This document shows positions 56,873 through 64,000 of a stretch of DNA of 64,000 bases, in pieces. The notes beneath the pieces were generated by a model. The model was not told the origin of the DNA and did not search any database. It worked only from the letters and a program-made list of their open reading frames with translations. Position 1 is the stretch's first letter, and each line of letters starts with the position of its first letter. Made by a program: the position numbers and the translations under genes. This stretch comes from Candidatus Latescibacterota bacterium (GTDB lineage: Bacteria; Latescibacterota; UBA2968; UBA8231): the NCBI GenBank assembly GCA_965215195.1, contig CBDCDC010000002.1, positions 960,001 to 1,024,000 on the forward strand, read 5' to 3'.

Positions 56873-59554
56873 CTATTGCAAGCCAGCGTAGAGCGTGACA
56901 AAGGTCTCGGTCGTGGTTGTGGCCTCGGCCTCGGCAAACGCCTTGCGCTCTACCACAAAGCCGGCCAACGCTTGGATGCGGTAGCCCAAATAGGCCGACT
57001 CGGTCGCCAACTGCAAAGCCCAGCTCAGGGAGTCGAAGTTCCCCATATCGCGGTCGAAGTCGTTGAACAGCGCGTACTCGACGCCGGCTTGTACCCGCGT
57101 GGCCTGCAATAATTGCGTTTCCAAAAGCAGCGAAAACAGCTCCATCAGGGTCTTGCGCTCCTCTTGGTCAAACAGCGACCGGCTCTGGTGCCGCCACTCG
57201 CTCTTCCAGCGCGGCACTAGCGTCAGCCCGCGCCAAGTGCGGCGATAGCTGGCCTTGTTGACCAAGCCTATAAAAAAGTCCGACGCACCGCGTTGCCGCG
57301 GCGCGAAGAAGACCCCGTGCAGCTTGCTCATCACCAACAGCGCGTCGCCGCTCAGGCTGTGGCCGACGAATAGCTGATGCACCCAAGCATCGCGCGCCAA
57401 CAGCGGATCGCCGAGGTGAACGAGCTGGCCACCGCGCAGGGTGTTGTCTGGCCGCCACTGCAAAATTGGATCGGGAATGTCGTCTTGCACCAACTGGCTC
57501 ATCTCGAAGAGCCGCACCCGACCCACCCGCGGCCACGCCCGCTCGTAGCCTAGCTGCAAATACGTGCTGTGGTTTTTGCGGTCTGCCGAAATCTGCTCCT
57601 CGCGCAGGGCCCCCACCTTGAGCTGCCAGTGCCGGCTCAGGGAGATGCCCCCATAGACGTTGAAGCCTTGTTGATCGCGGCGGTAGGGATAGTCCGGCTC
57701 GGTGTCGTTTTCGTATAGATCGACCCAGAAGTTGTGGTTCATATCCACGCCGAAGAGGAACTCCGGCCGATCGACCAAGAAGCGCAGGAACGGCTCCTCG
57801 TAATCTGGCACGGCGTTGGCCTTGACCCGGTTGTCGTTTTGGTTGAAGTCGGGCACCAAGTCGTTGTTGAGGTCCCAGCCGGGGAAGACCAAGCGGTCAT
57901 TCACTAAAAAGTCCGCACGGAATCCATCGGGAAAGCGGTCTTGATCGTCGTTGTCTTCCACCAAGTCAAAGCGGTTGCCCTGCCGGGCGTAATCGAGGCC
58001 CGAGGTGGTGGTGACAAAGGACTGGGTGTTGTAGCGCGGGTCAATCGAATACACCTCCCCGAACAGCGACAGCCGCCCCAAGTGCTTGCTCAGGTTTGCC
58101 ATCCACGCCGGTGCGCTGGGTCGGCCGCCAATGCCCGCCGAAGAGGTGTGCGTCTCCTCGGCGACATTGGGATACTTGCGGAAGCTCCAGCTCAGGTCGT
58201 ATTCGCCATACAGGTCGAAGCCGAGCACGTCTTCCACCTTGAGCGTGGCTCCGGCGACTGCTGTGGCCGTCGGCAGCCCGTAGGCAAAGCGGACCGTGCG
58301 CAGATTGGATATGTCCTGCACATTGCCCTCGGCCTGCGCCACCAGCAAGAAGACCGGGTCCTCCACATCCGCCCCGAATACGTCGCCCAAGCTGATGGAG
58401 CGCTCGCCCGTCTGACTAAACGAACTCGATGGCCGACCAACCGTTACAAAGCCGCCGCCCTCTCCCAACTGCTGGTCCGAACTCATCCAGATCTGGTAGT
58501 CGTTGGCCAGCACGAGGCGAAATTCCACCGCCACAATCTCGGACTTATCGGCCGCGGCGCGGTTGACAAACGACGCGCTGTCAAAGTCGTAGAGCAGACT
58601 GATTTGCCCGTCGCCATCGGCCGTGAGAAACCCCTGCCGCTCCAAGCCGCCGCTAGTTACCGGAGCAAAGCGAATGTCGCGGCCCGACTCCACTGTGCCG
58701 TCGCGGTAAGTGATAATCACGTCCGAGGCATCGGGGAAGAACGCAGCACCGCCGCGACCGTCTTCCGGCGAGTCGTCCCGCAATGCGATCGCGATCTGGG
58801 AGATAGTCGCGTTTTGCTGCTCGTTTAGCCCGCCTTTGTACAGGGTTTCTACGAGCTGATCCGACTCGCTGTTGGTCTGGTGGGCGTTGGCCGCGTGCAG
58901 GCCCAACTCCACGAAATCCCCTAGCTGGGCCGCAAACCGCCCTCCCACGAGGGACGTCGCGTCCGTAAAGCGGCTCTCCTCCTCCTGCAAGCCGCGCGGG
59001 CCGGTGATCAGGGAGTGGAGAAAGGTCAGTTGGTATTTGTCGGTGGCGAGGTCGATCTGCAAGCCGTTCAGGCGCGGCTTGGAAAACGACAGCGGCGTCA
59101 AGGTGGTCCGCAGGTTGTTGCTCGCCGTCAGGGCGTAGTGATATTGGCCCTTGTGATCGCCGGCGATGACCAGCTCGTTGAACCACTGGGCGAACCGCGC
59201 GGTCTTGAACAGGGAGCTACCGGCCTCCTGCGGCCGCGTCTGCGCCGTGTTGAAGATCAGCCAGCCTTGGGTCAGGTAGTTCCCGTACAGATCGTAGAAG
59301 TAATCGCCCTCCAAGTCGATGTTCACGTAGCGCTGATACGGCAGCCGTGCGCGGTTGGTGTACTCCCACTGCCGCCACGGGTATTCGGCGAACATCACCT
59401 GCGGCACGTACCAGCGCCGCAGGGCCGGGTCGAGGGCGTCGAGGTATACCTCTGGGCTTTGCGCTACCTCTCCACCATAGGCCCCGTCGGCAAGGGCGAG
59501 GCCGAGCCATGCGGCGCAGAGGAAGGCCAACGGCTGTCTTTTCGGACCGCTCAT
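56873..59554 (-). CDS. Large secreted/outer-membrane protein of unknown function
   Basis: Signal peptide; Asp/Asn-rich Ca-binding-like loops (DNDDQDRFPD, DLNNDLVPD, DMNHNFWVD); amphipathic beta-strand C-terminus ending FVTLYAGLQ. Confidence 0.78.
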   Translation of the reverse strand: MSGPKRQPLAFLCAAWLGLALADGAYGGEVAQSPEVYLDALDPALRRWYVPQVMFAEYPWRQWEYTNRARLPYQRYVNIDLEGDYFYDLYGNYLTQGWLIFNTAQTRPQEAGSSLFKTARFAQWFNELVIAGDHKGQYHYALTASNNLRTTLTPLSFSKPRLNGLQIDLATDKYQLTFLHSLITGPRGLQEEESRFTDATSLVGGRFAAQLGDFVELGLHAANAHQTNSESDQLVETLYKGGLNEQQNATISQIAIALRDDSPEDGRGGAAFFPDASDVIITYRDGTVESGRDIRFAPVTSGGLERQGFLTADGDGQISLLYDFDSASFVNRAAADKSEIVAVEFRLVLANDYQIWMSSDQQLGEGGGFVTVGRPSSSFSQTGERSISLGDVFGADVEDPVFLLVAQAEGNVQDISNLRTVRFAYGLPTATAVAGATLKVEDVLGFDLYGEYDLSWSFRKYPNVAEETHTSSAGIGGRPSAPAWMANLSKHLGRLSLFGEVYSIDPRYNTQSFVTTTSGLDYARQGNRFDLVEDNDDQDRFPDGFRADFLVNDRLVFPGWDLNNDLVPDFNQNDNRVKANAVPDYEEPFLRFLVDRPEFLFGVDMNHNFWVDLYENDTEPDYPYRRDQQGFNVYGGISLSRHWQLKVGALREEQISADRKNHSTYLQLGYERAWPRVGRVRLFEMSQLVQDDIPDPILQWRPDNTLRGGQLVHLGDPLLARDAWVHQLFVGHSLSGDALLVMSKLHGVFFAPRQRGASDFFIGLVNKASYRRTWRGLTLVPRWKSEWRHQSRSLFDQEERKTLMELFSLLLETQLLQATRVQAGVEYALFNDFDRDMGNFDSLSWALQLATESAYLGYRIQALAGFVVERKAFAEAEATTTTETFVTLYAGLQ

Positions 59555-59607
59555 TGTGGCTGAATCCGCCGCACTGCAACCTTAAAATTGGTACGAGTAA
59601 TACAGCG

Positions 59608-59859
59608 CTACTCGTCGGCGTCTAGGAGGGACTGGAATGCCTCCAGACTCTCTACTTGGATCGCCGCCCGATGCAATGGCTTGAGCCGCTGCAAATCCTC
59701 AATGCCCCGGACGCGAGCGGCCAACGGGTCGGCCGCGCCGAGCGCAAAGCGGATCTCCAGCACGTCAAGCAACGCTTCAATGGCGCGTTCTCGGCCCCCT
59801 TGCTCAATGCCTTGTTGGGTCAGGTATTGGGCAACGGGTGATTCGCGGATCATATCCAT
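59608..59859 (-). CDS. Predicted in-frame intragenic small protein (RpnS-like antitoxin), 83 aa
   Basis: AGGAG-N6-ATG inside the rpn gene, in frame, at MDMIRESPVAQYL. Confidence 0.5.
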   Translation of the reverse strand: MDMIRESPVAQYLTQQGIEQGGRERAIEALLDVLEIRFALGAADPLAARVRGIEDLQRLKPLHRAAIQVESLEAFQSLLDADE

Positions 59860-60492
59860 TAGGCTCTCCTGAAAGAAAATGGCAGAAACGGTTTCTCGCG
59901 CATACACCAACCCGCTCAAAAGCGACATCCCGGCCAGACAATCGGCTTTGGTCGCCCGATCCAGCGGCTGCGCCTGCACCGTATGCACACACGTCTGCAG
60001 CCAATCCGCTGGCCGCCCTGTCGGCCGCATCAACGGCGCAAACGGCCGCAGCCCCACAGGCCCCGACTCGAGGATGCGCTGGCCGTCCAACTCGCTCAGC
60101 CGGATCACCTGGTACTCAATTAAGATGCGCTGGCCGGGACGATCCTGTAGATAATAGCCCGGATCGCCCCGGCCAGCCCCCGGCCGCAGGTAGATGACGC
60201 TGGACACCACCGGCAGGCCGTAGTGCTCAACGGCTCGCCCGATATAGCCGACCATCCGCCGCGCCATCGGCAGGGGCCTACTATCGGTGGTTTGAAACTC
60301 GGTGTGGACTAGGACCTCTTCGCCGCCGAGCTGCACCCGCAGCAAACTGTCGGTCTGCCTCGTCTTGACGGTGAGTTGCTCTGGGTCAATCCCTTCGACG
60401 ACTTCGACATCGTCGCGGCCGAGGGCAAAGCGGGCGAAATCGTCGGGGTAGTGCTGCATCAAATACCTAGAAACAATATCAAAGTCGGCCAT
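59608..60492 (-). CDS. Rpn family recombination-promoting nuclease/putative transposase (PD-(D/E)XK)
   Basis: RQTDSLL...VHTEFQT...RMVGY...PVVSSVIYL...YQVIRL; C-terminal QGIEQG and helical domain. Confidence 0.85.
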   Translation of the reverse strand: MADFDIVSRYLMQHYPDDFARFALGRDDVEVVEGIDPEQLTVKTRQTDSLLRVQLGGEEVLVHTEFQTTDSRPLPMARRMVGYIGRAVEHYGLPVVSSVIYLRPGAGRGDPGYYLQDRPGQRILIEYQVIRLSELDGQRILESGPVGLRPFAPLMRPTGRPADWLQTCVHTVQAQPLDRATKADCLAGMSLLSGLVYARETVSAIFFQESLMDMIRESPVAQYLTQQGIEQGGRERAIEALLDVLEIRFALGAADPLAARVRGIEDLQRLKPLHRAAIQVESLEAFQSLLDADE

Positions 60493-60635
60493 GGCCTACC
60501 AACGTTCCACGATAGGCACCGGGCTGTCAAGGCAGCATGTCCCACATAAAGGCCGCCGGGGTTGGAATCCAGTGGCTTTGGAATTAGGAACTGATGTACC
60601 GCACGGGCACTTTAGGTATAAGAGGCTGTTCACGC

Positions 60636-60803
60636 CTAAAGGCGAGATGAAGCAATAGCCCAGTGCTGTCCACAGAGTGCAAGCACCTGTTCGAGGTCGA
60701 TTCGGTTGGTGATCAGCAGGATTCGTTCGTCGTGGGTGAAGCGATGATACTCCAGATTCAAAGTCAATCCGTCATAGAGGTATGAATAAACATGATGCGG
60801 CTC
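60636..60803 (-). mobile_element. IS4-family transposase relic
   Basis: Hand translation ...ERILLITNRIDLEQVLALCGQHWAIA*, a decayed 'L.TN...Y..RW.IE' DDE signature. Confidence 0.55.
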
Positions 60804-60904
60804 CTGTGTTTAGGGTTTAGATGAAATCTTGGTTGATGACAAATAAACCTAAGTCAAGGCTGCACCACAACTTAGCTTACTGTCGTGTACTAAAGGTGAT
60901 TCCA

Positions 60905-62428
60905 TTATGCCTTGGCTGACTGCAAAATGAGCCTGCCAGCGTTCTTCATCTGCCTCAGAATGACGAACCAAGTCCCCCCCCCGACAATATATCCAATAGC
61001 CAGCATCCAAGACTGATTCTCTATTATTGCCACTAAGGGAGCCACCACGAATAAGTAGCAATAGATAAAACAGGCCACTTCACTGACTGATCGTCTGCCG
61101 CTTTCGGCATTGAGAGCTTTGGCAAGCCCGTGAATTGCGACGAAGTTCCAGTAAAAATTAAAGAATGGTACAAAGAGAAATCCAACGGCTTTGTCGGGCG
61201 TCGTCTTCGCTTTATGAGTGGGAATGAGGGACCACAGCTTATGCAGAATAAGGCAGCCAAACAGGCCAGAAAGCAAAAAGGACACGACACAGAGAAAAAA
61301 GACCAGCGCATTATCTTTATCTAGATATAGCCTCGCATTGTTGGCCGCGACCAACATAATGGAGAATATCAGTGTGCTGACAAAGCAAATGCAATGGAGC
61401 TTAAACCAAGTGTTCAAGCGATCCGCGTCTTTAACTTTGGCGGCTGACTGAGTACGTACAGATTGTTCAATGGGCGGCATGGGCGGCGTATCAACGCGCT
61501 CGCTGCCCGTGCCCTGCCTTCCCTCCTCTTGGCGACGCTCCTGCTGCGGGTCCGCCTCCGCTTCCAGCACCTCCTGCCACGCCTCCACACTCTGCGGACG
61601 ATCCCCTTCATCCACCGACAACGCCGCATCGATCGCCAACAAAAACGCACCACTCGCCTGACCCGCACACCGCTGAGATACCGGAATCAGCGGATCGTTT
61701 CGTTCCCTAACCGTCGCATCGTCAGGCACCTGACCCGTCAACGCTCGATAACACACCCCACCCAACGCATAAAGGTCCGTCCAAGGCCCCTGATTCCCCC
61801 GACTCGAATACTGCTCTATCGGTGCATACCCCGGCGTTACGATAGACGTAACCGAACGACTCTTCGCCCCGATCGCCTGCCGCGCCGCCCCAAAGTCCAG
61901 CAACACCGGCGATCTATCTTTTCGCAAGACGATGTTGCCCGGCTTGATGTCCCGATGCAAAAAGTCCGCCCCATGTATCACTTTTAAGGCAGCCAATAGC
62001 GAATACAGAATCGCTTTAAGCTCGGCTTCGCTCAGCGTCCCCTTGCGCGTCAGATACGCCGACAAGTCCTCCCCTTCCACATAATCCATGGCGATGTACG
62101 CCGTGTTGTGCGCTTCAAAGTATTGATGGACGCGGACGATGTTGGGATGTCGGAAACGCGCCAGCGTGCGGGCTTCGTCCAAAAACCGCTCCAAGCCCCA
62201 GTGGAAGTCGGACGCCGCCCGCGACGACTGCGGCACGACGGACAGGTCTTGTTCGCGGGTGGCCAAGTCGGCCGGCAGATACTCCTTGATGGCTACGGAA
62301 ATATCCAGCACCACGTTCCGTCCTAGATAGGTAATGCCAAACCCGCCATGGCCGAGTACGCGGTCAAACTCAAAGTCCCAGATGCGCGTCCCCGGCGGCA
62401 GCGCCAAGAGGTGCTGTTCCTCACTCAT
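60905..62428 (-). CDS. Hanks-type Ser/Thr kinase with C-terminal multi-TM (DUF4328-like) domain
   Basis: GHGGFG, AIKE, HRDIKPGN, DFG, YAPIE, WTDLY; C-terminus TPDKAVGFLFVPFFNFYW with about 4 TM helices. Confidence 0.92.
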   Translation of the reverse strand: MSEEQHLLALPPGTRIWDFEFDRVLGHGGFGITYLGRNVVLDISVAIKEYLPADLATREQDLSVVPQSSRAASDFHWGLERFLDEARTLARFRHPNIVRVHQYFEAHNTAYIAMDYVEGEDLSAYLTRKGTLSEAELKAILYSLLAALKVIHGADFLHRDIKPGNIVLRKDRSPVLLDFGAARQAIGAKSRSVTSIVTPGYAPIEQYSSRGNQGPWTDLYALGGVCYRALTGQVPDDATVRERNDPLIPVSQRCAGQASGAFLLAIDAALSVDEGDRPQSVEAWQEVLEAEADPQQERRQEEGRQGTGSERVDTPPMPPIEQSVRTQSAAKVKDADRLNTWFKLHCICFVSTLIFSIMLVAANNARLYLDKDNALVFFLCVVSFLLSGLFGCLILHKLWSLIPTHKAKTTPDKAVGFLFVPFFNFYWNFVAIHGLAKALNAESGRRSVSEVACFIYCYLFVVAPLVAIIENQSWMLAIGYIVGGGTWFVILRQMKNAGRLILQSAKA

Positions 62429-62482
62429 AAATCCCTCCTATTGTTCATGCCGGCACAACAGATGAACCATAGTCAGCTTATT

Positions 62483-63847
62483 TCACTCTCGAGCACCGTA
62501 AAGGCGCAACACCGACGCTGTCGAAGAAGCATTATACTCCCCCGCAACGTGTAGCGGCGTATGGCCCTCGGTGTTTATGGCATTGACTTTAGCTCCCTGC
62601 TCGAGCAACACCCCCGCCGTCAAAGAAGCATGATGCTGCGCCGCAACGTGCAGCGGCGTCAAGCCGTACCTGCATCTGGCATCCACAGCTGCCCCTTGCT
62701 TAATTAGGGATAGCGTCAGCACGGACAGGTTCAGTTTCGCTGCATAGTGCAGGTCGGTCATGCCCTTATCGTCCATCGCGTCCGGGGACGGCTCTCGCCC
62801 CACTTCCGCGACAAATCTTTCTCGCGCCCCCTCCAGATTCGCTTGGCGACGCGCTTGCGCTAGGTCCGAATCCCCCAACGCCTCTCGCCACGCCGCAACA
62901 CTCTTCGGACGATCCCTCCCAGCCACCTGCAATGCCTTGTCAATCGCCGCAAGAAACGCTTGACTTGTTTGACCCGCACACTGCTGCGATACTGGAACCA
63001 GCGGATCCTTCCGCACCCGAACCGTCGCATCGTCGGGCACCTGACCCGTCAATGCCCGATAGCACACCGCACCCAACGCATAAATATCCGTCCAAGGCCC
63101 CTGAGGCCCCCGCTCCTCATACTGCTCTATCGGCGCATATTTCGGCGTTACGATCGACGTAACTGGACGGCTCTTGGCCTCTATCGCCTGCCGCGCCGCA
63201 CCAAAATCTAGCAACACCGGCGCTCCATCTTTCCGCAAGACGATGTTGCCCGGCTTGATGTCCCGATGCAGAAAGTCCGCCCCATGTATCACTTCTAAGG
63301 CATCCAACAGTGGATAAAGAATGTCCTTAAGCTCGGCTTCGCTTAGCGTCCCCTTGCGCGTCAGATACGCCGACAAGTCCTCGCCCTCCACATAGTCCAT
63401 TGCGATATACGCCGTGCTATGCGCCTCAAAGAAATGATGGACGCGGACGATGTTAGGGTGCTCAAACCACGCCAGCGTGTGGGCTTCGTCCCTGAAGCGG
63501 TTCAAGCCCCAGTGGAATACAGACCACGCCAAGGAGTCAGACTCGTCCTGCGACGACGGCGGCACGACGGACCAAGACCGCGTGGGGGCTTCTTCCACCA
63601 AGAAGCGTTCCAAGTCCCCTTGGAATACAGACTCGTCCTGCGACGACAGCGGCACGACGGACAGATCGCTTTCGCGGATAGACCAGTCCACGGGTAGGTA
63701 CTCTTTGATCGCCACCGGAATATCCAAGGCCGTGTTCCTGCCCAAATAGGTGATGCCGAACCCACCACGGCCGAGGACGCGGTGAAACTCAAAGTCCCGG
63801 ATGCGCGTCCCCGGCGGCAGGGCCAAGTGATGCTGTTCCTCACTCAT
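62483..63847 (-). CDS. Hanks-type Ser/Thr kinase with C-terminal ankyrin repeats
   Basis: GRGGFG, AIKE, HRDIKPGN, DFG, YAPIE; GMTDLHYAA, GLTPLHVAA, GHTPLHVAG. Confidence 0.92.
   Translation of the reverse strand: MSEEQHHLALPPGTRIRDFEFHRVLGRGGFGITYLGRNTALDIPVAIKEYLPVDWSIRESDLSVVPLSSQDESVFQGDLERFLVEEAPTRSWSVVPPSSQDESDSLAWSVFHWGLNRFRDEAHTLAWFEHPNIVRVHHFFEAHSTAYIAMDYVEGEDLSAYLTRKGTLSEAELKDILYPLLDALEVIHGADFLHRDIKPGNIVLRKDGAPVLLDFGAARQAIEAKSRPVTSIVTPKYAPIEQYEERGPQGPWTDIYALGAVCYRALTGQVPDDATVRVRKDPLVPVSQQCAGQTSQAFLAAIDKALQVAGRDRPKSVAAWREALGDSDLAQARRQANLEGARERFVAEVGREPSPDAMDDKGMTDLHYAAKLNLSVLTLSLIKQGAAVDARCRYGLTPLHVAAQHHASLTAGVLLEQGAKVNAINTEGHTPLHVAGEYNASSTASVLRLYGARE
63481..63662. repeat. In-frame imperfect tandem duplication inside the kinase N-lobe
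   Basis: cagactcgtcctgcgacgac(g/a)gcggcacgacggac at 63538-63572 and 63628-63662; tggaatacagac occurs twice. Confidence 0.85.
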
Positions 63848-64000
63848 AATTTGTCCCTTCTTTCTTTTTTGGCGGCTCGTTCAGCTCGGATTTCTCTCCT
63901 TCAGCACGGGTGCTGTCCCCTGTCTCCTCCTCCTGAGAGGCCGGCGCGCCCTCTTCAGCAGGTTCAACAGCAGGGGCGGCTGCCGGCATCCTCTCAACAG
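63840..64000 (-). CDS. 3' end of an upstream gene (low-complexity acidic tail), overlapping the kinase start
   Basis: Open frame ...VERMPAAAPAVEPAEEGAPASQEEETGDSTRAEGEKSELNEPPKKKEGTNYE*, with its stop inside ATGAGTGA of the kinase. Confidence 0.5.
   Translation of the reverse strand, partial: VERMPAAAPAVEPAEEGAPASQEEETGDSTRAEGEKSELNEPPKKKEGTNYE

Noticed and set aside
60905-63847. Diversity-generating retroelement explanation for kinase similarity
   Set aside because: No reverse transcriptase in the window and differences are not confined to adenines.

Overview
GC-rich bacterial chromosomal segment. The gene repertoire and the C-terminal 'TAVE..WGRIK' tail suggest Ca. Latescibacterota or a Poribacteria-like, possibly sponge-associated, lineage (inference only). 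The backbone is catabolic and transport: four enolase-superfamily enzymes, three Gfo/Idh/MocA oxidoreductases, an FGGY kinase, dioxygenases, amidohydrolases, ABC/SSS/MFS/TonB transporters and a large heparinase-like + beta-propeller protein. It is interrupted by several islands of defence, toxin-antitoxin (TA) and mobile DNA. These include Uma2 genes, an hsdR relic, a DUF433-PIN TA pair bracketed by a duplicated gene end, and an internally deleted IS200/IS605 (tnpB) element that keeps both terminal hairpins and a structured leader. There are also one intact and one eroded ABC-ATPase + DUF4276 pair, a ~2.6 kb AAA/PD-(D/E)XK cassette bounded by ~105-bp REP-containing inverted repeats, and an Rpn gene with an apparent internal antitoxin start. 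The window ends in a tandem array of closely similar Ser/Thr kinases with unrelated C-terminal modules. The best candidates for something undescribed are the modular kinase array, the inverted-repeat-bounded cassette, and the outer-membrane protein + 'WGRIK'-tailed secreted protein pair. No CRISPR array, rRNA or tRNA was seen. All assignments are by eye, without database searches.
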